Assembly: GCA_039589315.1 (NCBI GenBank)
Contig: JBDHHQ010000082.1
Location: 1-18,689, forward strand
Source of the DNA: Gemmatimonadota bacterium
GTDB taxonomy: Bacteria > Gemmatimonadota > Gemmatimonadetes > Longimicrobiales > Gaopeijiaceae
Length of the DNA stretch: 18,689 bases
Direction of reading: 5' to 3'
How positions within the stretch are numbered: the stretch's first letter is position 1; the number at the start of each line of letters is the position of its first letter. Below are positions 1-9,560 of this stretch, in pieces. A program made the translations under genes and the position numbers. The notes under the pieces were generated by a model. It saw only the letters and a list, made by a program, of their open reading frames with translations. It had not been told where the DNA came from and searched no databases.

Positions 1-1
1 T

Positions 2-1234
<1,233 letters not shown>

Positions 1235-1268
1235 CAGCTTCTTTTCACCGATTCTGGAGCTTTCGACC

Positions 1269-1598
1269 TTGGACGCAGCCCTCGCCGTATTCGGCGTTCC
1301 CCGGGAAGGTGCCGACGGCACGATGATCTTCCTGATCCAGATGATGGCCATCTTCGCCATCTTCTACCTCCTGCTGATCCGGCCGCAACGAAAGGAGCAG
1401 CAGCGACATCAGGAGCTCATCCGCAACGTCAAGAAGGGCGATTCCGTCGTGACCGCCGGAGGCATCATCGGCACCGTCGTGCACGCCCAGGAAGACCGTG
1501 TGACGGTCAAGACCGGTGAGAACACCCGTGTCGTGGTGGAACGGGCACGCATCGCCCGCCTCGACGCCGAACCGGTGTCCGACGAAAAGCAGTCGTAA
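1269..1598 (+). CDS. yajC: Preprotein translocase subunit YajC
   Basis: TM segment ending IFYLLLIRPQRK, then KGDSVVTAGGIIGTV; classic position after tgt. TTG start at 1269 chosen from GGAG at 1256-1259; start uncertain. Confidence 0.93.
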   Translation: MDAALAVFGVPREGADGTMIFLIQMMAIFAIFYLLLIRPQRKEQQRHQELIRNVKKGDSVVTAGGIIGTVVHAQEDRVTVKTGENTRVVVERARIARLDAEPVSDEKQS

Positions 1599-1617
1599 CA
1601 GAGCGGAGAGCGGGAGT

Positions 1618-2139
1618 ATGGCGTTAAGGCGAATCCGCATCTTCGGTGACCCGGTCCTCCGGGGGAGGGCCCAGGAGGTGGAGGTCTTCGGCTCGGATCT
1701 CGAAGAGTTGGTGCAGGACATGTTCGAGACCATGTACCACGCGCAGGGCATAGGTCTCGCCGCGCCTCAGATCGGGCTGTCCGTTCGGGTGATGGTCGTC
1801 GACGTCCCCGAATCGGAGGAGGAGGAAGGCGGACGGTTCGCGCTGGTCAACCCCCGCATCGTAGAGGTGGACGCGCAGACGGATCGGGCTGCGGAGGGCT
1901 GCCTCAGCATCCCGGGCCTCGAGGAGATCGTGGAGCGGCCGGCCAGCGTCGTGGTGGAGGGCAGCGACCCGGATGGCGCCCGTGTGAGGGTTCAAGCCAC
2001 CGGTCTGCTCTCGCGAGCCCTGCAGCACGAAGTCGACCATCTCGACGGCGTCCTGTTCCTGGACCGGGTGTCGGCGCTCAAGCGGCGCATGCTTCTCAAG
2101 AAGTGGAAGAAAGCGCAGACGGAGGCGGTGACACCGTGA
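1618..2139 (+). CDS. def: Peptide deformylase
   Basis: All three PDF motifs present: GIGLAAPQIG, EGCLS, QHEVDHLDG. ATG at 1618 is preceded by a purine-rich GGAGAGCGGGAG tract. Confidence 0.97.
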   Translation: MALRRIRIFGDPVLRGRAQEVEVFGSDLEELVQDMFETMYHAQGIGLAAPQIGLSVRVMVVDVPESEEEEGGRFALVNPRIVEVDAQTDRAAEGCLSIPGLEEIVERPASVVVEGSDPDGARVRVQATGLLSRALQHEVDHLDGVLFLDRVSALKRRMLLKKWKKAQTEAVTP

Positions 2140-3062
2140 GGATCCTGTTCTGGGGGACGCCGTACTTCGCGCTTCCGTCCCTCGGGGCCCTGGCCGGAGA
2201 AGGACACGAGATCGTCGGCGTGGTCACGCAGCCCGATCGGCCGGCGGGTCGGGGCCGAAAGCTCAGGGAGTCGCCCGTCAAGCAGATGGCCGAGGAGGAG
2301 GGCTTTCTCGTTCTCCAACCGGAGCGGCCCTGGGGAGACCCATTCCTCGAGCAGATCCGAAGCCTCGAACCGGGAATCTCCGTCGTGGTGGCGTACGGGC
2401 ACATCCTGAAGCCCGAAGTGCTGGCCGTGCCGCCCCACGGCTCCATCAACTTGCACGCCTCGCTTCTTCCGGAGCTCCGCGGCGCGGCTCCCATCAACTG
2501 GGCGATCGTCCGGGGGTACGAATCGACCGGCGTGACGGTCATCCGGATGGTGAAGGAGATGGATGCCGGGCCCATCCTCTTCCAGAACGAGGAGCCGATT
2601 CTGGAAGGCGAAACCGCCTCGGACCTCTCACTTCGGCTGTCGGAAGTCGGTGCCGGGGACCTGGTCGAGACGCTGGCTCTCCTGGAGGGAGGTGTGTTGG
2701 AGGAGGTGGAGCAGGACCATGCCCGGGCGACGTACGGACCCAAGGTGACCCGGGAGCTGGCGCGCGTGGATTGGGATCGGCCCAGCCTGGAGCTGTCGAA
2801 CCACATCCGCGGCATGGATGATGTGCCCGGCGCGTGGACACTCCTCGGCGGTCAGCCGGTGAAGGTGTTCCGGCCGAGCGCGGCAGCGGGCGAGGGCTCC
2901 CCGGGGACGGTGCTCGTGGCAGATCCGACGGAGGGGCTGGTCGTGGCGACGGCCGACGGAGCTCTGAAGCTCGACGAGGTCCAGCCAGCCGGGCGCCGAC
3001 GCATGCTGGCCAGGGATTGGATCAGCGGGCGGGGAGTCGAGGCGGGTCAGACCTTCGATTGA
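2136..3062 (+). CDS. fmt: Methionyl-tRNA formyltransferase
   Basis: RILFWGTPYFA, VVTQPDRPAGRG, VVVAYGHIL, INLHASLLP, RGAAPINWAI, MDAGPI. GTG at 2136 overlaps the def stop (GTGA). Confidence 0.97.
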   Translation: MRILFWGTPYFALPSLGALAGEGHEIVGVVTQPDRPAGRGRKLRESPVKQMAEEEGFLVLQPERPWGDPFLEQIRSLEPGISVVVAYGHILKPEVLAVPPHGSINLHASLLPELRGAAPINWAIVRGYESTGVTVIRMVKEMDAGPILFQNEEPILEGETASDLSLRLSEVGAGDLVETLALLEGGVLEEVEQDHARATYGPKVTRELARVDWDRPSLELSNHIRGMDDVPGAWTLLGGQPVKVFRPSAAAGEGSPGTVLVADPTEGLVVATADGALKLDEVQPAGRRRMLARDWISGRGVEAGQTFD

Positions 3063-3679
3063 TCGCACGCCTTCACGTCGTCACCGACGACCGAGTCCTG
3101 GCGCTGCCCGACGTCGTTGCCCGGGCGCTGACCGTGCTCGAAGCAGGGGCAGATCATCTGGCGCTGCACGTGAGAGGTCCGCGGGCTTCGGGCGCACGGA
3201 TGTACCAGGTGGCGTCGGCATTGCGGGGCTCCGCCTCCAGCCGGGGCGCCCAACTTCTCGTGAACGACCGCGTCGACTTGGCATTGTGCCTCGACTTGCC
3301 AGGGGTCAACCTGGGCGGACGGTCCATCCCGGTGGGGGCGGCTCGGCGGCTCCTGGGGCCCGACCGCTTGGTGGGTGCGTCGGTCCACGGCGTGGACGAA
3401 GCCCGGGTCTCGGCGCTCGCGTCGGCTGACTTCCTGGTGCTGGGGACCGTGTTCGCGTCTGCGTCGCACCCGGGCAGGAGGGGCGCCGGCATCGAGCTCG
3501 TCGCCGAGGTGAGCGAGGCCACGGGCGTGCCGGTGCTGGCCATCGGCGGGATCACGCCCGGCCGGGTCGAGGAGCTGATGGGTGCCGGTGCCCACGGCGT
3601 GGCCGTGCTCTCCAGCGTGTGGGACGCGGCGGATCCGGGCCAGGCCATTGGGGAATACCTGGCCGCCCTGAGGAGCTAG
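3059..3679 (+). CDS. Thiamine-phosphate synthase/TenI family protein (divergent)
   Basis: TMP-TENI barrel motifs LHVVTDD, LLVNDRVDLA, GASVH, LAIGGIT, GAHGVAV; directly upstream of thiS-thiG. TTG at 3059 overlaps the fmt stop (TTGA). Several ThiE catalytic motifs are altered, so no symbol is given. Confidence 0.85.
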   Translation: MIARLHVVTDDRVLALPDVVARALTVLEAGADHLALHVRGPRASGARMYQVASALRGSASSRGAQLLVNDRVDLALCLDLPGVNLGGRSIPVGAARRLLGPDRLVGASVHGVDEARVSALASADFLVLGTVFASASHPGRRGAGIELVAEVSEATGVPVLAIGGITPGRVEELMGAGAHGVAVLSSVWDAADPGQAIGEYLAALRS

Positions 3680-3683
3680 CCAG

Positions 3684-3911
3684 ATGGACACACGAGACTC
3701 GACCGATCGGATTGCCGTTCAGCTCAACGGCAAGCCCCGGCATGTCGAGGCCGGGCTCACCGTGAAGGAGCTGGTCGAGTCCCTGGGGCTCAATCCGGCT
3801 CTGGTCGTCGTAGAGTTGAACCGTGAGATTCTCAGCAGGAGCCGGTACGGCGCGGTTGGGGTGCAGGACGGAGACACCATCGAGCTCGTCCACTTCGTGG
3901 GCGGAGGATGA
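3684..3911 (+). CDS. thiS: Sulfur carrier protein ThiS
   Basis: 75 aa with VQLNG, VVVELNREI and C-terminal DGDTIELVHFVGGG (Gly-Gly end); precedes thiG. Confidence 0.95.
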   Translation: MDTRDSTDRIAVQLNGKPRHVEAGLTVKELVESLGLNPALVVVELNREILSRSRYGAVGVQDGDTIELVHFVGGG

Positions 3912-4744
3912 GTCGAAGCACGATGAACGAAGACACGGGGATGACGGCTACAGCCGACAGATCCGACGTGGCGGACGACCCGCTGCAGATCGGTGACAAG
4001 ACTTTTGACACGCGGCTCATCGTCGGAACGGGCAAGTACCCGGACAACGACACCATGGTCGGGGCCATCCGGGCCAGCGGCGCCGCAATGGTGACGGTGG
4101 CTGTGCGTCGGGTCGATCTGGACCGAACCAAGGAGGAGGCGATCCTCCACCATCTCGATCCGGAGGAGTTCTTCCTTCTGGCCAACACCGCCGGCTGTTA
4201 CACGGCCGACGACGCGCTGCGCTACGCGCGCTTGGCGCGGGCGGCAGGCTTCAACGAGTGGATCAAGCTCGAGGTGATCGGTGATGAGCGAACGCTCCTC
4301 CCCGACACTGCGGCCACCGTGGAGGCTGCCGGTATTCTCGCGGGCGAGGGCTTCAAGGTCATGGCCTACACGAACGACGACCTCGTCACCGCGCTTCGCC
4401 TGGAGGACGCCGGGTGCGTCGCCGTCATGCCCCTGGCCAGCCCCATCGGCAGCGGCCTGGGCGTGGTGAACCCGTACTACATCCGTGAGATCAAACGCCG
4501 GCTGGAGGTTCCCGTGATCGTCGACGCCGGCGTCGGGACCGCCTCGGATGCCTGCGTGACCATGGAACAGGGCGTGGACGGCGTTCTGATGAACACCGCG
4601 ATCGCGGCGGCGGACGATCCCGTGGCCATGGGCGCCGCGATGCGCCACGCCGTGATTGCCGGACGGATGGCCTACCTGGCGGGACGGATGCCGAGCCGTG
4701 AGATCGCCGTTCCCTCGTCCCCCACCACCGGGATGCTGGACTGA
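3908..4744 (+). CDS. thiG: Thiazole synthase
   Basis: RLIVGTGKY, VTVAVRR, NTAGC, WIKLEVIGD, VMPLASPIGSGLG, DAGVGTASDA, NTAIA. ATGA overlap with thiS; alternative ATG at 3923. Confidence 0.97.
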   Translation: MSRSTMNEDTGMTATADRSDVADDPLQIGDKTFDTRLIVGTGKYPDNDTMVGAIRASGAAMVTVAVRRVDLDRTKEEAILHHLDPEEFFLLANTAGCYTADDALRYARLARAAGFNEWIKLEVIGDERTLLPDTAATVEAAGILAGEGFKVMAYTNDDLVTALRLEDAGCVAVMPLASPIGSGLGVVNPYYIREIKRRLEVPVIVDAGVGTASDACVTMEQGVDGVLMNTAIAAADDPVAMGAAMRHAVIAGRMAYLAGRMPSREIAVPSSPTTGMLD

Positions 4745-4772
4745 CCGAGGGAGCGGTCCACCCCTCGCCGCG

Positions 4773-6077
4773 ATGACACCGGGCTCCGCTGTCACGCCTG
4801 CGCGGCGCGCCACGCTTCGCGTGCTCGGCCGCGTGTCGGCAGGGGCCCTGCTGGACGGCGCCTTCGCGGATGCCACCACGAGCCTCGACGATCGGGACCG
4901 CCGGTGGGCCCGGCAATGCACGTTCGGCACACTTCGCCTGAGAGGTCGCCTCGATCACCTCCTCGACGCCTACGTGCGCCGGGGTCTGGCGTCGGTGGAC
5001 GCCCCCCTCGCCGACCTGCTCCGGATGGGAGCCTTTCAGCTCCTGTACATGGAGGGCGTTCCGGCCTACGCGGCGGTTTCCCAGGCGGTGGACCAGGCGC
5101 GAGAGGTGGGCAGCCCCGGCGCAGCGCGTCTGGTCAACGGCGTGCTCCGGGCGGTGGGCCGGGGGGGAGCGGACCCGGGCCGGTTTCCCGACCGCGAGTC
5201 GGATCCCGCCGGATTCCTGTCCACCTGGCACTCCCATCCGAGGTGGCTGGTGGAACGCTGGTTGGAGCGGTGGCCGTTCCCGGTCGTCCTGGAGCTGGTG
5301 AAGGCGAACAACCAGGTGCCGTCCGTGTATTTGCGCCCGCTGGGCGTTCGGCCCGACACCGCGCTGGAGGCGCTCGGACCCGGCGCCCGGCCGAGCGTGC
5401 TCGGCAGCGGATGCGTGGAGTTGCCCTCGGGGCTGTCGCCGCCGGAGGCACTGGGCCGTGTCCGTGGTATCATCCAGGATCCGGCTGCCGCCCTGGTGAC
5501 GCACTATGCCGACATCCCGAGCGGTTGGCTCGTCGCGGACTTGTGCGCTGCCCCGGGCGGCAAGGCGGTCGCACTGGCCGAGACGGCTGGATACGTTGTG
5601 GCGGCGGACAGGTCGGTGGCCCGTCTACGGCGTCTCCAGGAGACCGTGGAGCGCCTCGGAAGCCGTATGGGCGTGGTCGCCGCCAGGGCCGAGGCGCCAC
5701 CGTTGAGGGAGGCCCCGGGCGTGCTCGTCGACGCGCCTTGCAGCGGTACCGGCACGGTTCGTCGGCACCCCGATTCGAAGTGGCGCCTGCGGAGCGGCGA
5801 CATTGAGGCGCTGGCCGGCGTTCAACGGGCGATTCTCGATGGCGCGGCGGCACTGGTACCTTCCGGCGGACTTCTGGTGTACGCCACTTGTACGCTCGAG
5901 CCTGAAGAAAACGAGGAGCAGGTGAAGTCGTTCCTGACCAGACATCCGGAATACAGCATCGAGGCAACCGATGCGGTAGCCCCGGAGCTGCTCGATGGGG
6001 CCGGACGACTGTTCGTGGCACCCTGGGCGTCCGGCTCGGACGGAGCGTTCGCGGCGCGGCTCCGTAGAGTCTCATGA
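4773..6077 (+). CDS. rsmB: 16S rRNA m5C967 methyltransferase RsmB/Sun
   Basis: NusB-like N-terminal part (LRMGAFQL, LVNGVLR), SHPRWLV, IQD, DLCAAPGGK, DAPCSGTG, RRHPD, YATCT, DGAF. Confidence 0.93.
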   Translation: MTPGSAVTPARRATLRVLGRVSAGALLDGAFADATTSLDDRDRRWARQCTFGTLRLRGRLDHLLDAYVRRGLASVDAPLADLLRMGAFQLLYMEGVPAYAAVSQAVDQAREVGSPGAARLVNGVLRAVGRGGADPGRFPDRESDPAGFLSTWHSHPRWLVERWLERWPFPVVLELVKANNQVPSVYLRPLGVRPDTALEALGPGARPSVLGSGCVELPSGLSPPEALGRVRGIIQDPAAALVTHYADIPSGWLVADLCAAPGGKAVALAETAGYVVAADRSVARLRRLQETVERLGSRMGVVAARAEAPPLREAPGVLVDAPCSGTGTVRRHPDSKWRLRSGDIEALAGVQRAILDGAAALVPSGGLLVYATCTLEPEENEEQVKSFLTRHPEYSIEATDAVAPELLDGAGRLFVAPWASGSDGAFAARLRRVS

Positions 6078-6904
6078 ATCTGGGAAGCTCGATCCGGAGG
6101 CGACGGTTCAGTCGGAGGCCCGGCGACGGCGACGACCAACAAGGCGGGGCCTCCGGATCGGTCGGTGCGCGGGGCATGAGGTTGGCGGGTGCGGCTGTGG
6201 GCGTCTGCCTTGTCGGGCTCGGCCTGGGCTACCTGGTCAGCACGTCGGTGCTCTTTCCTGCGCCACCACCGCCCGACGATCTCGTGAACGCACCCGACCT
6301 GCGGGGCTTGACGCTCACCGAAGCCCTGCAGCGACTGGACGGCATGGGGTTGAGCATGGGGCGGTCCGATTCGATTCGGCACCCCATCGCGCCTCAGGGC
6401 GTCGTCCTGGGTCAAAGCCCCCTTCCGGGGCAACTCACGCGTCCCGACTCCGAGGTGGAAGTGACCTACTCGATGGGTCCGGAGCGCCGCCAGGTCCCCG
6501 ACGTCCTGCGCTTCCGAGCCGAGAGGGCGGCGACCGTGCTCGAGGCCACGGGGTTTCAGGTCGGGTTGGACAGCGTCGACTCCAGGGAGTTTCGGGGGAC
6601 CGTCGTCGCCGTGGACCCGGAACCGGGAACCGAGTTGGCGCTCCCCGGGTCGGTGGCGGTGGCCGTGAGCCGCGGGCCGCCTCTGGTGGAAATGCCGGAT
6701 CTCCTGGGTCTCCCCGAGGCCGAGGCGCTGACGATTCTCGAGGAGCTGGAGCTCCGGGTCCCGGAGATCGAAACACGCTTCCGCTTCGGCCTGGACAGGG
6801 GCACGGTCATCGAGCAGGAACCCGAGGCGGAGACCATGGTGGAGCAGGGGAGTGCCGTCCGCGTGGTCGTCGCCCGAGACGCCCGCGACTCCAGGAACAA
6901 TTGA
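6074..6904 (+). CDS. Single-pass membrane protein with three PASTA domains and no kinase domain
   Basis: Hydrophobic segment LAGAAVGVCLVGLGLGYLV, then three repeats starting APDLRG, VPDVLR and MPDLLG, each with a G-x-V-x-x-(Q/V)-x-P motif and a closing strand. ATGA overlap with rsmB. Confidence 0.88.
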   Translation: MNLGSSIRRRRFSRRPGDGDDQQGGASGSVGARGMRLAGAAVGVCLVGLGLGYLVSTSVLFPAPPPPDDLVNAPDLRGLTLTEALQRLDGMGLSMGRSDSIRHPIAPQGVVLGQSPLPGQLTRPDSEVEVTYSMGPERRQVPDVLRFRAERAATVLEATGFQVGLDSVDSREFRGTVVAVDPEPGTELALPGSVAVAVSRGPPLVEMPDLLGLPEAEALTILEELELRVPEIETRFRFGLDRGTVIEQEPEAETMVEQGSAVRVVVARDARDSRNN

Positions 6905-6973
6905 CCCCCGAACTCGTAGAAATCCCGGGCTCGTCACCGTCGTGAGTCACCCCAACCGGAGCCACCCGTCCTC

Positions 6974-7531
6974 ATGGAACGTCGCCCGACCAGGCTGCCG
7001 TACGGCCTAGCCGCGTTGGCCGCACTTCTGGTGTTGCTGGCGGCATGGGCGGGGCGTGACCGGTTCGCGCCTCTGGGCCCCGGCAGCGTGGCTCCCGACT
7101 TCGCAGCCCTGAACCGTGACGGAGGGGAGATGCGCTTCGACGACCGGGACGACAAGGTCGTCCTGGTCAACATCTGGGCGACCTGGTGTCCTCCGTGCTT
7201 GAAGGAAATGCCTTCGATGCAGCGCCTGTGGGAGGAGTTGGAGCACGACGACTTCGAGATCCTGGCGGTCAGCGTGGACGCCCGTTTGGGCGAGACCGAC
7301 TCCGTCGGGCGGCCAGGGGGTGATGTTTGGGCATTCGCCGACTCTCTGGGGCTTACGTTCACCATCCTCCACGATCCCTCCGGGGGCATCCAACGGCTCT
7401 ATCAGACCACTGGGGTCCCGGAGTCGTTCCTCATCGGACGTGACGGCACGATCTACAAGAAGGTGATCGGCGCCATGGAGTGGGACGCCGGAGAGAACCA
7501 GGAGCTCATCGAACGTCTCCTGGACGGCTGA
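6974..7531 (+). CDS. TlpA/ResA-like membrane-anchored thiol-disulfide oxidoreductase
   Basis: N-terminal TM/signal segment, APDF, KVVLVNIWATWCPPCLKEMP, ILAVSVD, cis-Pro motif GVPESFLIGRDG. Confidence 0.92.
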   Translation: MERRPTRLPYGLAALAALLVLLAAWAGRDRFAPLGPGSVAPDFAALNRDGGEMRFDDRDDKVVLVNIWATWCPPCLKEMPSMQRLWEELEHDDFEILAVSVDARLGETDSVGRPGGDVWAFADSLGLTFTILHDPSGGIQRLYQTTGVPESFLIGRDGTIYKKVIGAMEWDAGENQELIERLLDG

Positions 7532-7536
7532 CGCCC

Positions 7537-8481
7537 ATGGGACTGCTTCCCGGCGTCCTCTCGCGGAACTGGCAGCTCAAGCTCTCGGCGTTCGCGATCG
7601 CCGTCTTGCTCTGGGTTACGGTGCGGATCGACTCCGCGAACCGGCAGAGCATTCCAGCCAGGGTGAGTGTCGAGGTCAACGACGCCGCGTGGGCGTTGGT
7701 TGGGGAGCCGCTTCCCGGTACCGTGCAGGTCCTCTTCGGAGGTCCCGCCAGCGAGATCCTACGGGTGGCGGTCGAAGGCACGTCGGTCCGAGTGCCGATC
7801 GAGGCGGTTACATCCCCGGATACCTCCATCGGCCTCCGTAGCGAGTGGGTGGCGAACGGAGGCCTACAGGGCCTGGTGGTCCAGGACATCCGTCCCGGCA
7901 GCGTGCGTCTCCACTTCGAGCCGATGGAGACAGCAGATCGACCGGTGGGCATCCGGACCCGCGGCTCGCTCGACGAGTCCGTGGCGCTGGCTCAGCCGAT
8001 GGCTGCCGTGCCGCCGACGGTACGCCTGCGGGGCCCCTCCAGCCGGGTCGCGGGCATCGACACGGTGTTCCTGGCTCCCCTGGAGCTCGGGAGCCTGCGG
8101 GAGTCGGGGGCACACACGCTCCCCGTCGACCGGGCGGGACTGGCGGATCTGGGGATCAGTCCAGATTCGGCGACGGTGCGCGTGGCCCTCGAGGAATCGG
8201 CCGAGCGATTCGTGACGCTGTCCATCGCCGCCGACGATCCGGGCGGCGGCGGTCTCGAGCTGAGCCGGGACACGGTCCAGGTACGGCTCGTGGGGGCACG
8301 GAGCCGCATCGAGGGACTGGAGCCCAGCCTCTTGCGCGCACTGGTCCGCTCTGAAGACCTGACGGATCTGGCGCCGGGAGAGGAGCGCCGGGTCCCCGTG
8401 CGCCTCGAAGGTTTCCCGGCACTGGTGATGGCCACCCCCACCGCCGATACCGTGGTGGCCCGCCGATCGATGGAGCAATGA
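7537..8481 (+). CDS. CdaR/YbbR-like membrane protein
   Basis: N-terminal NWQLKLSAFAIAVLLWVTV anchor typical of YbbR/CdaR; repeated beta-rich units (PGTVQVLFGGP, PPTVRLRGP, RDTVQVRLVG). Confidence 0.78.
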   Translation: MGLLPGVLSRNWQLKLSAFAIAVLLWVTVRIDSANRQSIPARVSVEVNDAAWALVGEPLPGTVQVLFGGPASEILRVAVEGTSVRVPIEAVTSPDTSIGLRSEWVANGGLQGLVVQDIRPGSVRLHFEPMETADRPVGIRTRGSLDESVALAQPMAAVPPTVRLRGPSSRVAGIDTVFLAPLELGSLRESGAHTLPVDRAGLADLGISPDSATVRVALEESAERFVTLSIAADDPGGGGLELSRDTVQVRLVGARSRIEGLEPSLLRALVRSEDLTDLAPGEERRVPVRLEGFPALVMATPTADTVVARRSMEQ

Positions 8482-9539
8482 GCGCGACCCTCATCCTGGG
8501 GCTCGAGACGAGCTGTGACGAGACGGCGGCGGCTGTTCTCCGGGGCGAGTGCGAGATCCTCGGGCACGTGATCCTGTCCCAGGACGTCCATGAGCTCTAT
8601 GGCGGCGTCGTCCCGGAGCTGGCCGCCCGGGCGCACGTAAGACGCATCGATGACGTCGTGGACGGCGCTCTCGCACAGGCAGGCTGCACGCTGAGGGACG
8701 TGGACGCGATCGGCGTGACCGCCGGTCCGGGGCTGATCGGCGCGTTGCTCGTGGGCGTGGCGTGGGCGAAGGCGGTGGCGTACGCGTTGGACAAGCCGTT
8801 GGTGCCGGTGCACCACATGGAGGCACACCTCTTCGGACCCGTCCTGGAGGATCCGGAGGCTGCACCCCCCTTCGTGGGCCTGCTGGTGTCTGGGGGACAC
8901 ACGCTGCTCCTGTCCTGCCCCGAGTGGGGGCGCTACCGACTGCTCGGGGAGACGCGGGACGATGCGGCCGGTGAGGCCTTCGACAAGGTGGCCAAGCTCC
9001 TGGGGCTCCCCTACCCGGGCGGTCCGTCGATCCAGCGGACGGCCTTGGAGGGTGACGGTTCCCGCTTCCGCTTCCCGCGACCGATGTTGCGGGGAGACCA
9101 GCGGCCCGGAGAGTCCGGCTATTATGACTTCTCCTTCAGCGGTCTCAAGACCGCGGTGGCCCTGGAGGTGGGTCGTCTGCAGAAGGCGGGGGCGCTCGAG
9201 GAGGAGCGGGCCAACGTGGCGGCCAGCTTTCAGGAAGCCGTGGTCGACGTCCTGGTGGGCAAGGCCGCCCGTGCCGTGAGGGAGACGGGCTGCGACAGGG
9301 TCGTCCTGGGGGGAGGCGTCTCCGCCAACGCCCGGTTGAGGGAGCGGATGGTCGAAGCTCTGGCGCCGGACGGTCGGTCGTTCCATGCCTCTCCCCGGCT
9401 CTCGCTCGATAACGGCGCGACCGTGGCCCGGGCGGCGCTCTTCCGTCTGGGGCGCGAAGACGTGGGCGGCCTCGACTCGTCAGCGCGCGCCGACCTCCCG
9501 TTTCCCGGGATGGTACGGCACACGGACTCGACGCACTGA
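8478..9539 (+). CDS. tsaD: tRNA N6-adenosine threonylcarbamoyltransferase TsaD
   Basis: ILGLETSCDET, GGVVPELAARAH, GPGLIGALLVG, HHMEAH, LVSGGHT, DDAAGEAFDKVAK, DFSFSGLKT, GGVSAN, DNG. Confidence 0.97.
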   Translation: MSATLILGLETSCDETAAAVLRGECEILGHVILSQDVHELYGGVVPELAARAHVRRIDDVVDGALAQAGCTLRDVDAIGVTAGPGLIGALLVGVAWAKAVAYALDKPLVPVHHMEAHLFGPVLEDPEAAPPFVGLLVSGGHTLLLSCPEWGRYRLLGETRDDAAGEAFDKVAKLLGLPYPGGPSIQRTALEGDGSRFRFPRPMLRGDQRPGESGYYDFSFSGLKTAVALEVGRLQKAGALEEERANVAASFQEAVVDVLVGKAARAVRETGCDRVVLGGGVSANARLRERMVEALAPDGRSFHASPRLSLDNGATVARAALFRLGREDVGGLDSSARADLPFPGMVRHTDSTH

Positions 9540-9560
9540 CACCCACAGGGAACCGACACC

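Noticed and set aside
6074..6130. RRRRFS as a Tat signal in the PASTA protein
   Set aside because: The hydrophobic segment starts about 25 residues later and no cleavage site is evident; more likely a positive-inside cytoplasmic tail.
6901..6923. TTGACC...TAGAAAT promoter-like pair before tlpA
   Set aside because: Spacing is only about 10 nt, incompatible with a sigma70 promoter.
9405..9430. TsaD DNGATV instead of the usual DN(A/G)AM(I/V)
   Set aside because: The metal-binding Asp and all other motifs are intact; a single substitution does not indicate altered function.
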